Origin: Thermodesulfovibrionia bacterium
Lineage (GTDB): Bacteria; Nitrospirota; Thermodesulfovibrionia; JACRGW01
Assembly (NCBI GenBank): GCA_919902655.1
Contig: CAKKRL010000162.1
Location: 251 to 64,250, forward strand
Direction of reading: 5' to 3'
DNA length: 64,000 nucleotides
In this document: in pieces, positions 43,631 to 52,924 of the stretch
Layout: every line of letters begins with the position of its first letter
Position numbering within the stretch: position 1 is the first letter of the stretch
Program-made: the position numbers and the translations under genes
Notes under the pieces: model-generated
Database searches by the model: none
What the model saw: only the letters and a program-made list of their open reading frames with translations
Told to the model about the DNA's origin: nothing

Positions 43631-45776
43631 ATCCCCCCATGGAAAACGATGCCAGTTTCATCGACCCGAGCCCTTTAAGGTCAACACTCAAGAGTACCTG
43701 AGTTTCTTCCGGCCTGCCAATATATAAAAGTGTAACTGCCCAGCACTGAGAGGTATAAGTCCCTCTCAGGTCGACCTCAAGGAACTTTTTCTGTGTAGCA
43801 TCATACCACACCTTTCCGGAAAGGTCTAACGATTTAAATAACCTTACGCTTCCCTCGGCAGTAAGAAATAAGGCCTCAGGTATCTTCGTATATCTTTCGT
43901 CAATAGAAAAATACCAGGGTGTATCCCCCCTTAAGGTAAGGGTCGTATTGAATGAAGTCATATAACCACTGTAGGGGTTATAGGTTGCACCTGTATTGAA
44001 TTTTAAGAACTCTGTGGTCCTGAACATGGCCTCCATTGTTATATCGGAAAGAGGCTCATCTCCCTTATCAAAATCATAGTCCTGGCTAAGTTTCAATGTA
44101 ACGAACTCATAGATTCTCTTTCTCTTTTCGTCTTCTAATTTCCCGATAAGGCGGTTCGTCAAGGAGTAAGTCACTTTATTTGTCTGTTGTATGAAATCAA
44201 TACCATCGAACTGAGGAAGATTATACTGATTGACTTCCGGGATGTATGTATAACTGATAGAAGGCTCTATAGAGTGTTTTACCTTGCTCATCCCTCCTAA
44301 ACCATCGACTTCAAAGATCCTGAACATCTTGGTACCTATAGAAGCACCCAAATCATAAATCCCCTTATCAGTAATGTCTCCGTCTACCAGATATGCCCTT
44401 TCCCTGAACCCGGCCCTTGGAGATAAAACGAATCCGCTTCCAAGATTAAGTGCTGAGGAAAGCTGGGGATAGATATTCAACCTCTGACCTGTCATCCCTT
44501 CCTTCCTCCAGAAGTTTATCGCAGTAGTTTCATGGGTAAAATAAAGCGGTAGCTTTCCGACCTTGTAATTTGTAAGGACATAGCCAGCTTCAGGAAGTTT
44601 CTGGAGGGTACCCGCATTACTCTGGGTAAGGTCCTGCCTGTACTGATTAAGGATATAGAGCCTGCTTGTTTGCCAGTTCTGGCTTAAAAGGAAATTTGAT
44701 TCGAGTGCCCTCTGGACTCTTTCCTCTGTTACTGTACTGAATCTCTGATAGTATGCAGGCTCACTCAGATAGTATATATTCGCCTTTCCCTGCAGCCGTT
44801 TTGTTATCTGGTGATCATGGTTGTACCTCAGAACCCAGTAATCCTGCCCTACCTCCTTATCCTTCATGTAATAATTATAGAGTTCGCCCCTCGCATCCTT
44901 GTTCAGGATATACCTGTATTCAATTCCGCCACCAAAACCTATCTTTCCCCTGTAATCGAGGTAATATGTGGAATCCATATTATCTGCCATGACCCAGTAA
45001 AAGGCGTTCTGCAGGATGAAACCATTCTGGTTGCTGTAACCTATCCTCGGAAGAAGAAAGCCTGTCTGCCTATCCTTCTTTATCGGCACCTTTATGTATG
45101 GCGTATAGAGACATGGCACATCCTTAATATAGAAAACCACATCCCTGCCTACGATATTATCGTTAAGCTGGACCCTTACATCCTTACCCCTGAACCTCCA
45201 TGGTGGCACAAGGGCATCACATGTTGTGAAGGAACCACTTCTGATCTCGTAGACGTCCTCACCCACCTTCTCCATTTCATCCCCTTCGATATGGTAATTA
45301 TCAGGACGTTGAAAGATCCTTCCCTTGTAGATAACACCAAGCTTTGTATTTACATTCATTTCAACTTCATCTGCTATAAGTATGCTGTCCGCCTCTTCAT
45401 ACCATACATTCCCTGTGGCCAGGGCATCACCGCTACTGTTATCCAGAATTGCATAGTCGGATTCCATATGTGTCCCATCCTGTGTTATCTTCACCGAACC
45501 CCATGCCTCGTATGTATCTGTGTCTTTATAATATTCGATATGATCTGCCTCTATTGTTACGGGGGTATCGCTGTCCGCTTTTTTGGGGTCCTTACGTTTC
45601 TTCTCCTCTTTTAGTGCAGTATCTTCAACTTTCTTCTCCTGTTTAGCCTGAGGGGTTGGACCTTTATCTTCAACCTGAACTTCCTTAACCTTCTCCTCCC
45701 CATAGAGTGAACATGGAAATCCTGCAAGAACCACAACTGCAAAGCCTATTATAATCCATTTACATTTCTCCCCCAA
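43611..45776 (-). CDS. lptD: LPS-assembly protein LptD (OstA/Imp) outer-membrane beta-barrel
   Basis: Signal peptide, an N-terminal OstA-like beta-jellyroll region and a ~500-aa aromatic-rich beta-barrel region. Confidence 0.6.
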   Translation of the reverse strand: MGEKCKWIIIGFAVVVLAGFPCSLYGEEKVKEVQVEDKGPTPQAKQEKKVEDTALKEEKKRKDPKKADSDTPVTIEADHIEYYKDTDTYEAWGSVKITQDGTHMESDYAILDNSSGDALATGNVWYEEADSILIADEVEMNVNTKLGVIYKGRIFQRPDNYHIEGDEMEKVGEDVYEIRSGSFTTCDALVPPWRFRGKDVRVQLNDNIVGRDVVFYIKDVPCLYTPYIKVPIKKDRQTGFLLPRIGYSNQNGFILQNAFYWVMADNMDSTYYLDYRGKIGFGGGIEYRYILNKDARGELYNYYMKDKEVGQDYWVLRYNHDHQITKRLQGKANIYYLSEPAYYQRFSTVTEERVQRALESNFLLSQNWQTSRLYILNQYRQDLTQSNAGTLQKLPEAGYVLTNYKVGKLPLYFTHETTAINFWRKEGMTGQRLNIYPQLSSALNLGSGFVLSPRAGFRERAYLVDGDITDKGIYDLGASIGTKMFRIFEVDGLGGMSKVKHSIEPSISYTYIPEVNQYNLPQFDGIDFIQQTNKVTYSLTNRLIGKLEDEKRKRIYEFVTLKLSQDYDFDKGDEPLSDITMEAMFRTTEFLKFNTGATYNPYSGYMTSFNTTLTLRGDTPWYFSIDERYTKIPEALFLTAEGSVRLFKSLDLSGKVWYDATQKKFLEVDLRGTYTSQCWAVTLLYIGRPEETQVLLSVDLKGLGSMKLASFSMGGYERINP

Positions 45777-45777
45777 A

Positions 45778-47148
45778 TCACACCCTCAGCCTCTCCACAT
45801 CCATACCGAATCCTTTAACCTCTCCCACAGTATATAGGGAGCCTGTAATACATATAAGATCCCGACTGCCTGCTTTACCCATTGCATACTCAATGGCCTC
45901 GTTTACTCCCTTTATAGCCATTACATTCGGATTAAACGCCTCTGCCTCAACCGCAAGAGATTCAGGTGAAGCAGCCCTCTCATAGTCCACTGTTGTCACT
46001 ATCACCTCAGATGCAATGGGTGCAAGGACCCTGAGGAATCCCCTTACATCCTTATCCTTCATCATACCTACTATCAAAAATAACCTACCGTGCCCGGGGA
46101 GAAATATCTCTTCAAGTGATTTCTTAAGAGAACGTGCGGCTCCTTCATTATGTGCACCATCGAGGATAACTGTTGGGTTTCTGGATATTATTTCGAGCCT
46201 CCCGTCCCACCTGGCCTCTTTAAGTCCCTTCCTTACCATCTTCTCTTCTATTTTAATTTCATTACCGATTACCTCTGTAGTAGCAACTGCCAGTGAGGCA
46301 TTCGTTATCTGATGTGCACCTAACAGAGGAATTTCAAGACCTTGGTATATCTTTTTTATTCCATAATAATCAAAGACTTGAGTCTGGAGTCTGGAGTCTG
46401 GCCCGCCTTGCTTCTCCGTAGGATCCTGTGGAGCGGAGCGAGGCCGGGGAGCCTGGAGTCTTGAACCCTCTGTCCTAAAATCCCTTCCTGATATATATAG
46501 TTTAGACCCCATATCTTTACATTTATCTTCTATCAACTGCCTGACCTCAGGCAGATTATCTGCCATAACAACAGGGATTCCCTCCTTTATGGTTCCTGCT
46601 TTCTCTATCGCTATCTCGGGAAGGGTTACACCGAGGAATTCCTGATGGTCATAACCGATATTTGTTATAACAGAAACCAAAGGGGTTATCACATTCGTAG
46701 CATCGAGCCTTCCACCCATACCTACCTCTATTACTGCTATGTCAACATCTTCTTCTGCAAAGTATTTAAAGGCAATTGCTGTGGTAAATTCGAAAAAAGT
46801 GGGTGTAATACATTTGATATTTGAGATTTGAGATTCGAGATTCAAAGTCATCTCTGACACCCTTTCTTCCTCAATCGGCATACCGTTTACCCTTATCCTT
46901 TCTGTAAAGCTTACAAGGTGTGGTGAGGTATAAAGGCCAACCTTCATTCCTGAACCCTTAAGTATAGATGCAATCATTACTGCGGTTGATCCTTTACCAT
47001 TTGTCCCGGCAATATGGATTGATTTAAATCGCCTATGGGGATTCCAGAGGATACCCATCAAAGAGAGTGTATTATCCAGTCCTAACTTTATCCCGTATTT
47101 CTGCAGACTGTAAAGGTAATCAACCGCCTCTTTATAACCCATACACAC
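45778..47148 (-). CDS. folC: Bifunctional folylpolyglutamate synthase / dihydrofolate synthase
   Basis: HIAGTNGKGSTAVMIASILKGSG P-loop and Mur-ligase-like layout. Carries two in-frame tandem-repeat insertions. Confidence 0.8.
   Translation of the reverse strand: MCMGYKEAVDYLYSLQKYGIKLGLDNTLSLMGILWNPHRRFKSIHIAGTNGKGSTAVMIASILKGSGMKVGLYTSPHLVSFTERIRVNGMPIEEERVSEMTLNLESQISNIKCITPTFFEFTTAIAFKYFAEEDVDIAVIEVGMGGRLDATNVITPLVSVITNIGYDHQEFLGVTLPEIAIEKAGTIKEGIPVVMADNLPEVRQLIEDKCKDMGSKLYISGRDFRTEGSRLQAPRPRSAPQDPTEKQGGPDSRLQTQVFDYYGIKKIYQGLEIPLLGAHQITNASLAVATTEVIGNEIKIEEKMVRKGLKEARWDGRLEIISRNPTVILDGAHNEGAARSLKKSLEEIFLPGHGRLFLIVGMMKDKDVRGFLRVLAPIASEVIVTTVDYERAASPESLAVEAEAFNPNVMAIKGVNEAIEYAMGKAGSRDLICITGSLYTVGEVKGFGMDVERLRV
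46374..46475. repeat. Composite element in folC: (GAGTCTG)x3, then a GC-rich palindromic core, then ctggagtct; in frame (encodes SRLQAPRPRSAPQDPTEKQGGPDSRLQT)
   Basis: Read directly. Same heptamer and the same reading frame as the rfbD copy. Confidence 0.6.
46806..46850. repeat. Tandem heptamers (atttgag/attcgag) in frame in folC (encodes LNLESQISNIK)
   Basis: tttgatatttgagatttgagattcgagattcaaagtc read directly. Confidence 0.5.
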
Positions 47149-47241
47149 CCCCGAAAAGCTGAAGTTTTTTTATCACATTCAGGTTATTATGTCAAGGATA
47201 TTGACAAAAAACCTCATTTATGGTTAACCTTCTTTTTAACG

Positions 47242-48864
47242 ATGGAGTTTCTTTCTAAAAAAACTTTAATACTGCTGGTTACTTTCTTCATAATTGTTGT
47301 CTGTACACCTGCCTCCTACGCCTCTCCGAAGGAGGAATTGAAGAAGGCAGAACAGTGTGTTTCAGCCACCAAGAAATCAAAAAAAGAAAAGAGAGATCGT
47401 GCAAGCTGGCTGAAGTGTGCAGAAGAATTCAAAAAGTTTATCAAAAATAATCCCAAAAGCAACTATGAAGCCAGAGCACTCTTCAATCTGGGAAACCTCT
47501 ATATCGACATCTATCATCTATTCAATGGCAGGGAAGATGTAGGGAATGCCCTAAGCAATTATTCATCCCTTATTGAAAAGTATCCTAAGAGCCACCATAC
47601 ACCCGAAGCCTATTACAGAAAGGGCGAAATTTACTTCATTGACCTTAAGGAAACAAACAGGGCATTGCAGGAATTCGAAAAGGTAACCACAAGATATCCG
47701 GGGACGGATTTTGCGAGAAAATCTGCTGAGAGGATTTCAGCTATAGAGACTGAAAGGAAAAAGGACAGGACGGTTACTGTCAGGGATTTAAAACATAATT
47801 CTACAAAAAAATACACAAGGATAGTTGTAGAATTTGATGGTCCCTTTGAATACGAATATAATCGTATTAAGGAGCCTGACCGCATATTTTTCGATTTCAA
47901 AAAAAGCAGGATCGGGGAAGACCTGCAGAAAAAGACTATCCCTATTGGTGATGGAATTCTGAAGTCGGTGAGGATAGGACAGTTCTCCCCTGAAGTCGTA
48001 AGGGTCGTTCTCGACCTCGACAGCATTGAGAACTTCAGGGCTTTCTCTATGGAAAATCCTGAAAGACTTGTGATCGATATATCCGGTATCTCTAAACCAG
48101 ACATACAACCACAGATAACAAAAGAAACTCCCCTTTACGGTATAAGGAGGATAGTAATAGACCCTGGGCACGGAGGTCATGACCCGGGTGCAATAGGAAA
48201 GAGGGGACTGGAGGAAAAAGAGATTGTCCTTGATATAGCAAAGAAACTAAATGGTTTAATCAAAAAGGATATGGATGTTGAAGTAATTCTCACAAGGGAT
48301 AGTGATATTTTTATCCCGCTCGATGAAAGAACTGCCATAGCGAATACAAAAGAGGCCGATTTGTTCCTCTCCATTCATGCAAATGCAAGCCCAAACCCGA
48401 ATGCAAAGGGCATTGAGACCTATTTCCTTAATTACACAACAGACGACGAGGCAAACAGGGTTGCTGCACGGGAGAACCAGATTTCATTAAAAAGACAGAA
48501 AGAGATTCAGAGGGCATTTCAGACAGACCTCGAAAAAACCTTTGGAGACCTTGAAAGGGACGTCAAGAGGGACGAATCCCTCAGATTTGCCCACATGGTT
48601 CAGAACTCTATGATAGATAATCTGCATTCAAGTTATAATGTTACAAACCACGGGGTAAAGCATGCCCTGTTCTATGTTCTTGTTGGTGCAAAAATGCCGA
48701 GCATCCTTGCCGAGATTTCATTCATAAGTAACCATGAGGAAGAAAGACGTCTTGCCAGTAGTCTCTACCGTCAGAAAATTGCTGAGTCCCTTCTTGCAGG
48801 AATAAAGAACTACCTCTCATACAAGTCTACGGCAATCACAAAATCTAAAACAGACGGAAATTAG
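47242..48864 (+). CDS. N-acetylmuramoyl-L-alanine amidase (Amidase_3, AmiC-like) with an N-terminal TPR/YbgF-like region and an AMIN domain
   Basis: IVIDPGHGGHDPGA…SIHANA… amidase_3 motifs. AMIN-like …RIGQFSPEVVRVVLDL…. Confidence 0.8.
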   Translation: MEFLSKKTLILLVTFFIIVVCTPASYASPKEELKKAEQCVSATKKSKKEKRDRASWLKCAEEFKKFIKNNPKSNYEARALFNLGNLYIDIYHLFNGREDVGNALSNYSSLIEKYPKSHHTPEAYYRKGEIYFIDLKETNRALQEFEKVTTRYPGTDFARKSAERISAIETERKKDRTVTVRDLKHNSTKKYTRIVVEFDGPFEYEYNRIKEPDRIFFDFKKSRIGEDLQKKTIPIGDGILKSVRIGQFSPEVVRVVLDLDSIENFRAFSMENPERLVIDISGISKPDIQPQITKETPLYGIRRIVIDPGHGGHDPGAIGKRGLEEKEIVLDIAKKLNGLIKKDMDVEVILTRDSDIFIPLDERTAIANTKEADLFLSIHANASPNPNAKGIETYFLNYTTDDEANRVAARENQISLKRQKEIQRAFQTDLEKTFGDLERDVKRDESLRFAHMVQNSMIDNLHSSYNVTNHGVKHALFYVLVGAKMPSILAEISFISNHEEERRLASSLYRQKIAESLLAGIKNYLSYKSTAITKSKTDGN

Positions 48865-48875
48865 GAGGCTCATAA

Positions 48876-49565
48876 TTGAACCTGAGATCCAATCTTCTTC
48901 TCGGAAACTACATTCCGGGCAACTCTATAATCCATCGTATTGATCCGAGGATAAAACTTTTATTACTTCTTTCTTTATTACTCTCCCTCTATTCTGTGAA
49001 AACACCTGAAATTGCCATGATACCTCTCGGGTTTATTCTTCTATGTCTTCTGATAGCACACCTTCCCTTTTCTTATATAATTAAATCCCTTTTTCCTTTT
49101 CTATGGCTCTTCTTTCTCACGGGGTTGATTAACATCTTCTTTACCCCCGGCGAATCGATTACAATAATCGGCCCTTTTGCAATAACCCTTGAAGGCATAA
49201 AGTCAGGCATTCTCCTTGTCCTGAGACTTACTGTCATGATATTTTCTGCCTCACTCTTTACCATCACAACATCTCAGAGTGGAATAATTAAAGCACTTGA
49301 ATGGCTCTTTAAACCTCTCAAGAAATTAGGTCTACCCGTCTCAGAATTTACACTAATGGTCTCACTTTCATTGAGATTCATACCCATCCTCCTTGAAGAA
49401 GCTGATAGAATTCTCAGGGCACAGACATTAAAAGGGGCAAATCTCGGAGGCTTCTTCAAAATGATTAGGTTCCTGCCACTTTTCCTCTCTCCTCTGTTCA
49501 TAAACACCTTCCGCAGGGCAGAAGAGCTAACAATTGCTATGATCGCAAGGGGATATAGGCCTTAA
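48876..49565 (+). CDS. ecfT: ECF transporter transmembrane T component (EcfT/CbiQ family)
   Basis: About 5 TM helices and the conserved …RFIPILLEEADRILRAQTLKGAN… coupling region. Confidence 0.65.
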   Translation: MNLRSNLLLGNYIPGNSIIHRIDPRIKLLLLLSLLLSLYSVKTPEIAMIPLGFILLCLLIAHLPFSYIIKSLFPFLWLFFLTGLINIFFTPGESITIIGPFAITLEGIKSGILLVLRLTVMIFSASLFTITTSQSGIIKALEWLFKPLKKLGLPVSEFTLMVSLSLRFIPILLEEADRILRAQTLKGANLGGFFKMIRFLPLFLSPLFINTFRRAEELTIAMIARGYRP

Positions 49566-49572
49566 CTCTAAA

Positions 49573-50373
49573 ATGCAAAATGTTAAATGTGAAATTACTA
49601 AAAATATCAAACTCATACTCGAATACGACGGTACAAATTATTCTGGATGGCAGATGCAGAAAGGCGCAGAGAGGTCGATCCAGAAGATTCTTCAGGATTG
49701 CATAAAAAAGGTTTCGAAGGAAAAAATAAAGCTCGTTTCCTCCGGGAGAACCGATGCAGGTGTCCATGCCTTAGGGCAGGTCGCTAACTTCAAAACAGAA
49801 AGCAGAATCGGCGGGGATATATGGAGAAATGCCCTTAATGCCTGTTTACCGAGAGATATAAGGATCATTGATTCAGAAGAGGTGAACATCTCTTTTCATT
49901 CACGCTATAATGCAAAGAAAAAGATATATTCGTATATAATCCTTAATCAGGAATCTCCGTCAGTCTTCCTCAGGAATTATGTCTGTCATATCCCTGTCCC
50001 TCTCGATTTAGAAAAGATGAAAAAGGCATCAAATAAACTTCTGGGAGAGCATGATTTCTCCTCTTTCCGCGCATCCTCCTGTGGTGCCAAAAGGCCTGTG
50101 AGAGAAATTATAGATATTAGTATCGATGAAAGAAGAACAGCGCTGATTCCTTGGTTACCCTTTTCACCTGAGGGGAATTTTATAACTATAACAATAGAGG
50201 CAAATGCCTTCCTTCATCACATGGTGAGGAATATTGTGGGGACACTGATAGAGATAGGCAGGGGCAGATTCAGACTTGAAAGAATGGAAGAGATTCTTAA
50301 GGCGAGGGATAGGACTAAGGCAGGCCCCACAGCCCCGCCACAGGGCCTTTTCCTTGTTAAGGTCAAATACTAA
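49573..50373 (+). CDS. truA: tRNA pseudouridine(38-40) synthase
   Basis: LEYDGTNYSGWQMQ…SGRTDAGVHALGQVANF catalytic Asp motif. Confidence 0.85.
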   Translation: MQNVKCEITKNIKLILEYDGTNYSGWQMQKGAERSIQKILQDCIKKVSKEKIKLVSSGRTDAGVHALGQVANFKTESRIGGDIWRNALNACLPRDIRIIDSEEVNISFHSRYNAKKKIYSYIILNQESPSVFLRNYVCHIPVPLDLEKMKKASNKLLGEHDFSSFRASSCGAKRPVREIIDISIDERRTALIPWLPFSPEGNFITITIEANAFLHHMVRNIVGTLIEIGRGRFRLERMEEILKARDRTKAGPTAPPQGLFLVKVKY

Positions 50374-50568
50374 CTACTCACGGCATGGCAGTTCGCCGCG
50401 AGGCCTTCCTTGTTTTATCAGACGACACAAGCACCTTAAATTACTTCCCCTCCGATTTCGAATCAATCAACCTGTTGAAATAGTCCTCTTTTGTCACCCA
50501 AATTCATTTCATGGTCTTATCCCCTCACCTTCATCCTCTCCCCTTAGGGGAGAGGGGTGGGTATGAGC

Positions 50569-50594
50569 GCCGTTAGAGGAAATCCTCTAACGGG
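50569..50594. terminator. Perfect 11-bp stem hairpin (ccgttagagga aat tcctctaacgg), a bidirectional terminator between truA and the convergent minus-strand gene
   Basis: Read directly. Immediately follows the family A palindromic repeat at 50519-50562. Confidence 0.55.
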
Positions 50595-50604
50595 GTAAAC
50601 CAAA

Positions 50605-51045
50605 CTATTTCTTACAGGCTCCAAGTCTGCGGCCGGTAAGTTTCGATGTTGAGTCTGTGGTCTGTCCTGTGCTGTCTGTGGTCTTGGTCTTCATAATTCC
50701 ATTGTAACTGATTCCGCCATAGGTGATTTCACCTTCTCCTATAGTTGTGACACCCTCTGTTACACATTTTACCTTCCAAACCACCTTGTTTCCAGTAATC
50801 TTCTGATCTAACACCTTACAATTTTTATCCTTTTTTGCAGTCTTCGGAACAAAATCTTCTTTTGTAAGGCACTGTTTGTCTTTAAAAGTCATCGGCGGCA
50901 TCTGGAATGGAGATTCAGGCATCTCCACCTTTATCTCCATAGTGGTCTCCCACTCCCCTTCCTGCATATTCACAGCAGCGTATACGAATGTCAATGAAGC
51001 AAAGGCCAGAAATAAACCTAAAAACAATTTACCTGCTCTCTTCAT
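50605..51045 (-). CDS. Secreted small protein of unknown function (possibly DUF3617-like)
   Basis: Signal peptide MKRAGKLFLGLFLAFASLTFVYA. Thr/Gly-rich. No catalytic motifs. Confidence 0.35.
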   Translation of the reverse strand: MKRAGKLFLGLFLAFASLTFVYAAVNMQEGEWETTMEIKVEMPESPFQMPPMTFKDKQCLTKEDFVPKTAKKDKNCKVLDQKITGNKVVWKVKCVTEGVTTIGEGEITYGGISYNGIMKTKTTDSTGQTTDSTSKLTGRRLGACKK

Positions 51046-51072
51046 AAGTCACCTCCTCCCTGATTCTAAATC

Positions 51073-52179
51073 TTACACCTTCTTTCCGACAATAACAGCC
51101 TCGTTTCCATTTGCAAAAAGATAAACCTCTGTCTTCATCCCTACACGATGAAACTCGGCCTCTATCTCTTCAGGCATGAGGAAATGATTTCCCTGAATAT
51201 GTTCTGCAAGGTTCTGGAATACCATCCCTTTCTTCATCGGGTCACGCAGTTCAGAACGGTCCTTTGGCCAGTTAGGTTCCCATATTACTGCTGAACCGCC
51301 AGCCTTGAGGTGTTCCTTTAAAATACGAAACACATCCTCTTTCTTATCCCATACATGGTGCAAGGCACGGTTCATAGCGATTAAATTAGCAGGTTCGCTA
51401 GCAGAAAAATGGTAGATATCACCATTCATAAATTTCAATCTATCACTCAGGCCATTGTCCTGTGCAATCTTTGTGGCCTGATTAATATTCTCTTCAAAAC
51501 CATCAAGCCCTATCCCCCTGAGATGAGGAAATCGTGTTACAATCCTTCTCAGATACCACCCGTTTCCACAACCAAGATCGATAATTAGACCTCCTTTCTC
51601 ATCTGTCTCTCTGTACACCGGCACATTCGGAAGTATCTGTTGTTCAAATACTCCACTGAACATGGCTTCAAGCATCGGTCCGAACAGGGGCAGGATACTC
51701 GTTCTCTCTGCCAGTACCATTTCACCCGGACGTTCACCGCTTCTCATTAAAGATGCCGCCCTTTCACACATATGTGCAGAAAGCACAGACTGAACTGAAA
51801 AAGGCATCGCAGTTCCGGGTGTCTCAGCAATGAAGGAACTTCCAATATCTGTAAGACTGAATTTCCCATCACTCTCGTCCAGAAGACCGAACGCATAAGC
51901 AGCATCACACCAGCGATTCAGATAATCTCTATCCAGTCCTGTTTTCCCTGCCAGTTCGTCAGGTGTAGCCTTTCTATCCCTATTTAATACAGAAAAAAGA
52001 TTATTCGATATTCCGATAAATGCTATATTAAGCATCATCGCCCCCTGCATTTGTGAAATTATCTGTTTACGCAATTCCTCTGAAACACTCATAGATTTTT
52101 CCTCCTGTTGAGATTTTTCATGCCGAGCAAAAAAAATGAGATTCCTCCTCCCCATTCCTATCTGGACTCGGAATGACAA
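51073..52179 (-). CDS. Class I SAM-dependent methyltransferase with an N-terminal winged-helix/dimerisation domain (O-methyltransferase-like). The likely true start is MSVSEEL at about 52092.
   Basis: LIIDLGCGNGWYL motif I. The N-terminal ~90 aa look like the dimerisation domain of plant/bacterial O-MTases. Confidence 0.65.
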   Translation of the reverse strand: MSFRVQIGMGRRNLIFFARHEKSQQEEKSMSVSEELRKQIISQMQGAMMLNIAFIGISNNLFSVLNRDRKATPDELAGKTGLDRDYLNRWCDAAYAFGLLDESDGKFSLTDIGSSFIAETPGTAMPFSVQSVLSAHMCERAASLMRSGERPGEMVLAERTSILPLFGPMLEAMFSGVFEQQILPNVPVYRETDEKGGLIIDLGCGNGWYLRRIVTRFPHLRGIGLDGFEENINQATKIAQDNGLSDRLKFMNGDIYHFSASEPANLIAMNRALHHVWDKKEDVFRILKEHLKAGGSAVIWEPNWPKDRSELRDPMKKGMVFQNLAEHIQGNHFLMPEEIEAEFHRVGMKTEVYLFANGNEAVIVGKKV

Positions 52180-52205
52180 GCAAAGGACTCAGAATGACAA
52201 TCAAG
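52165..52205. repeat. Repeat family C, copy 2 (intergenic)
   Basis: ggactcggaatgacaagcaaaggactcagaatgacaatcaagg. Confidence 0.5.
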
Positions 52206-52206
52206 G

Positions 52207-52650
52207 CTATTGTTCCAGTTTCTGTGCCTTGACAGAAAGATAGTATGATACCATCAGGATTATAATTAAAATACCCATCAATCCTAATTCATATAGTCTT
52301 TCAACAGACATATGCTCCATTTGAAATGTTTGCGCCTCTATTATCAGTATCTTCCTTACAGCAACTATTATGCCAATGGCAAGAAAGGGGGCAAGCAAGA
52401 ATTTCTGTTTCTTTAAAAACCTGATAACAGTCCAGAGAAGCTCAAGGATAATCAGTGCAAGGAGTACATCATTCACGAGATGTATCATCGAGTCACGGGA
52501 CGGATGCAGGATATTAAGAAGCGCATAATAGAGGACAACGCTACACGCAAAGAGCAATAGCAAGGCAGCTACGACATGGAAAATTAAATCAATCTTTATG
52601 AGACCTTTCCTGAATATCTCTATAAAATCTTCCTTTTTCTCTTCTTCCAT
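52207..52650 (-). CDS. Small four-TM membrane protein (PsiE-like?)
   Basis: 147 aa with four hydrophobic helices. Family assignment is weak. Confidence 0.35.
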   Translation of the reverse strand: MEEEKKEDFIEIFRKGLIKIDLIFHVVAALLLLFACSVVLYYALLNILHPSRDSMIHLVNDVLLALIILELLWTVIRFLKKQKFLLAPFLAIGIIVAVRKILIIEAQTFQMEHMSVERLYELGLMGILIIILMVSYYLSVKAQKLEQ

Positions 52651-52660
52651 AAAATATCCC

Positions 52661-52795
52661 TCAATCCTCTCTTGTATGTTCAGGTCTACATACAGGGCAG
52701 TACAACTCCCCTAAATCCATAAGGCATACATGCCCGCATTCAGGGCAACACATACATTCTTTTGTTGGCATTTCACAAACAGGGCAGATATTCAT
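52661..52795 (-). CDS. 44-aa zinc-ribbon mini-protein with 8 Cys, not in the ORF track
   Basis: Reverse complement reads MNICPVCEMPTKECMCCPECGHVCLMDLGELYCPVCRPEHTRED. Its stop is 11 nt before the start of the downstream membrane-protein gene. Confidence 0.4.
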   Translation of the reverse strand: MNICPVCEMPTKECMCCPECGHVCLMDLGELYCPVCRPEHTRED

Positions 52796-52866
52796 AATTT
52801 TATTATAGCACATATTGTAATAAATAGTAACACCTCATCCTTGTCGGTCATGCAACTCCGAAACCC

Positions 52867-52895
52867 TTGACAATCCTTCAGAGAATTTGTATAAT
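52867..52895 (+). promoter_or_regulatory. Perfect consensus sigma70 promoter TTGACA-N17-TATAAT upstream of yceD-rpmF-plsX-fabH
   Basis: TTGACA 52867-52872, 17-nt spacer, TATAAT 52890-52895. Read directly. Confidence 0.65.
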
Positions 52896-52924
52896 CACCA
52901 TGCTCTTAAGGAAGTTCTATTTGA

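Noticed and set aside
44753-45646. Plus-strand ORFs (79-267 aa) inside lptD
   Set aside because: Antisense to a 721-aa beta-barrel gene. The Cys/His/Ile-rich translation is typical of an antisense frame.
47149-47241. Possible divergent promoter (TTGACA at about 47201) between folC and the amidase gene
   Set aside because: No acceptable -10 at 16-18 nt spacing on either strand. Left uncalled.
47631-48374. Minus-strand ORFs inside the amidase gene
   Set aside because: Antisense to a gene with clear Amidase_3 motifs.
49073-49767. Minus-strand small ORFs (64-77 aa) overlapping ecfT and the truA start
   Set aside because: Antisense or overlapping well-supported plus-strand genes.
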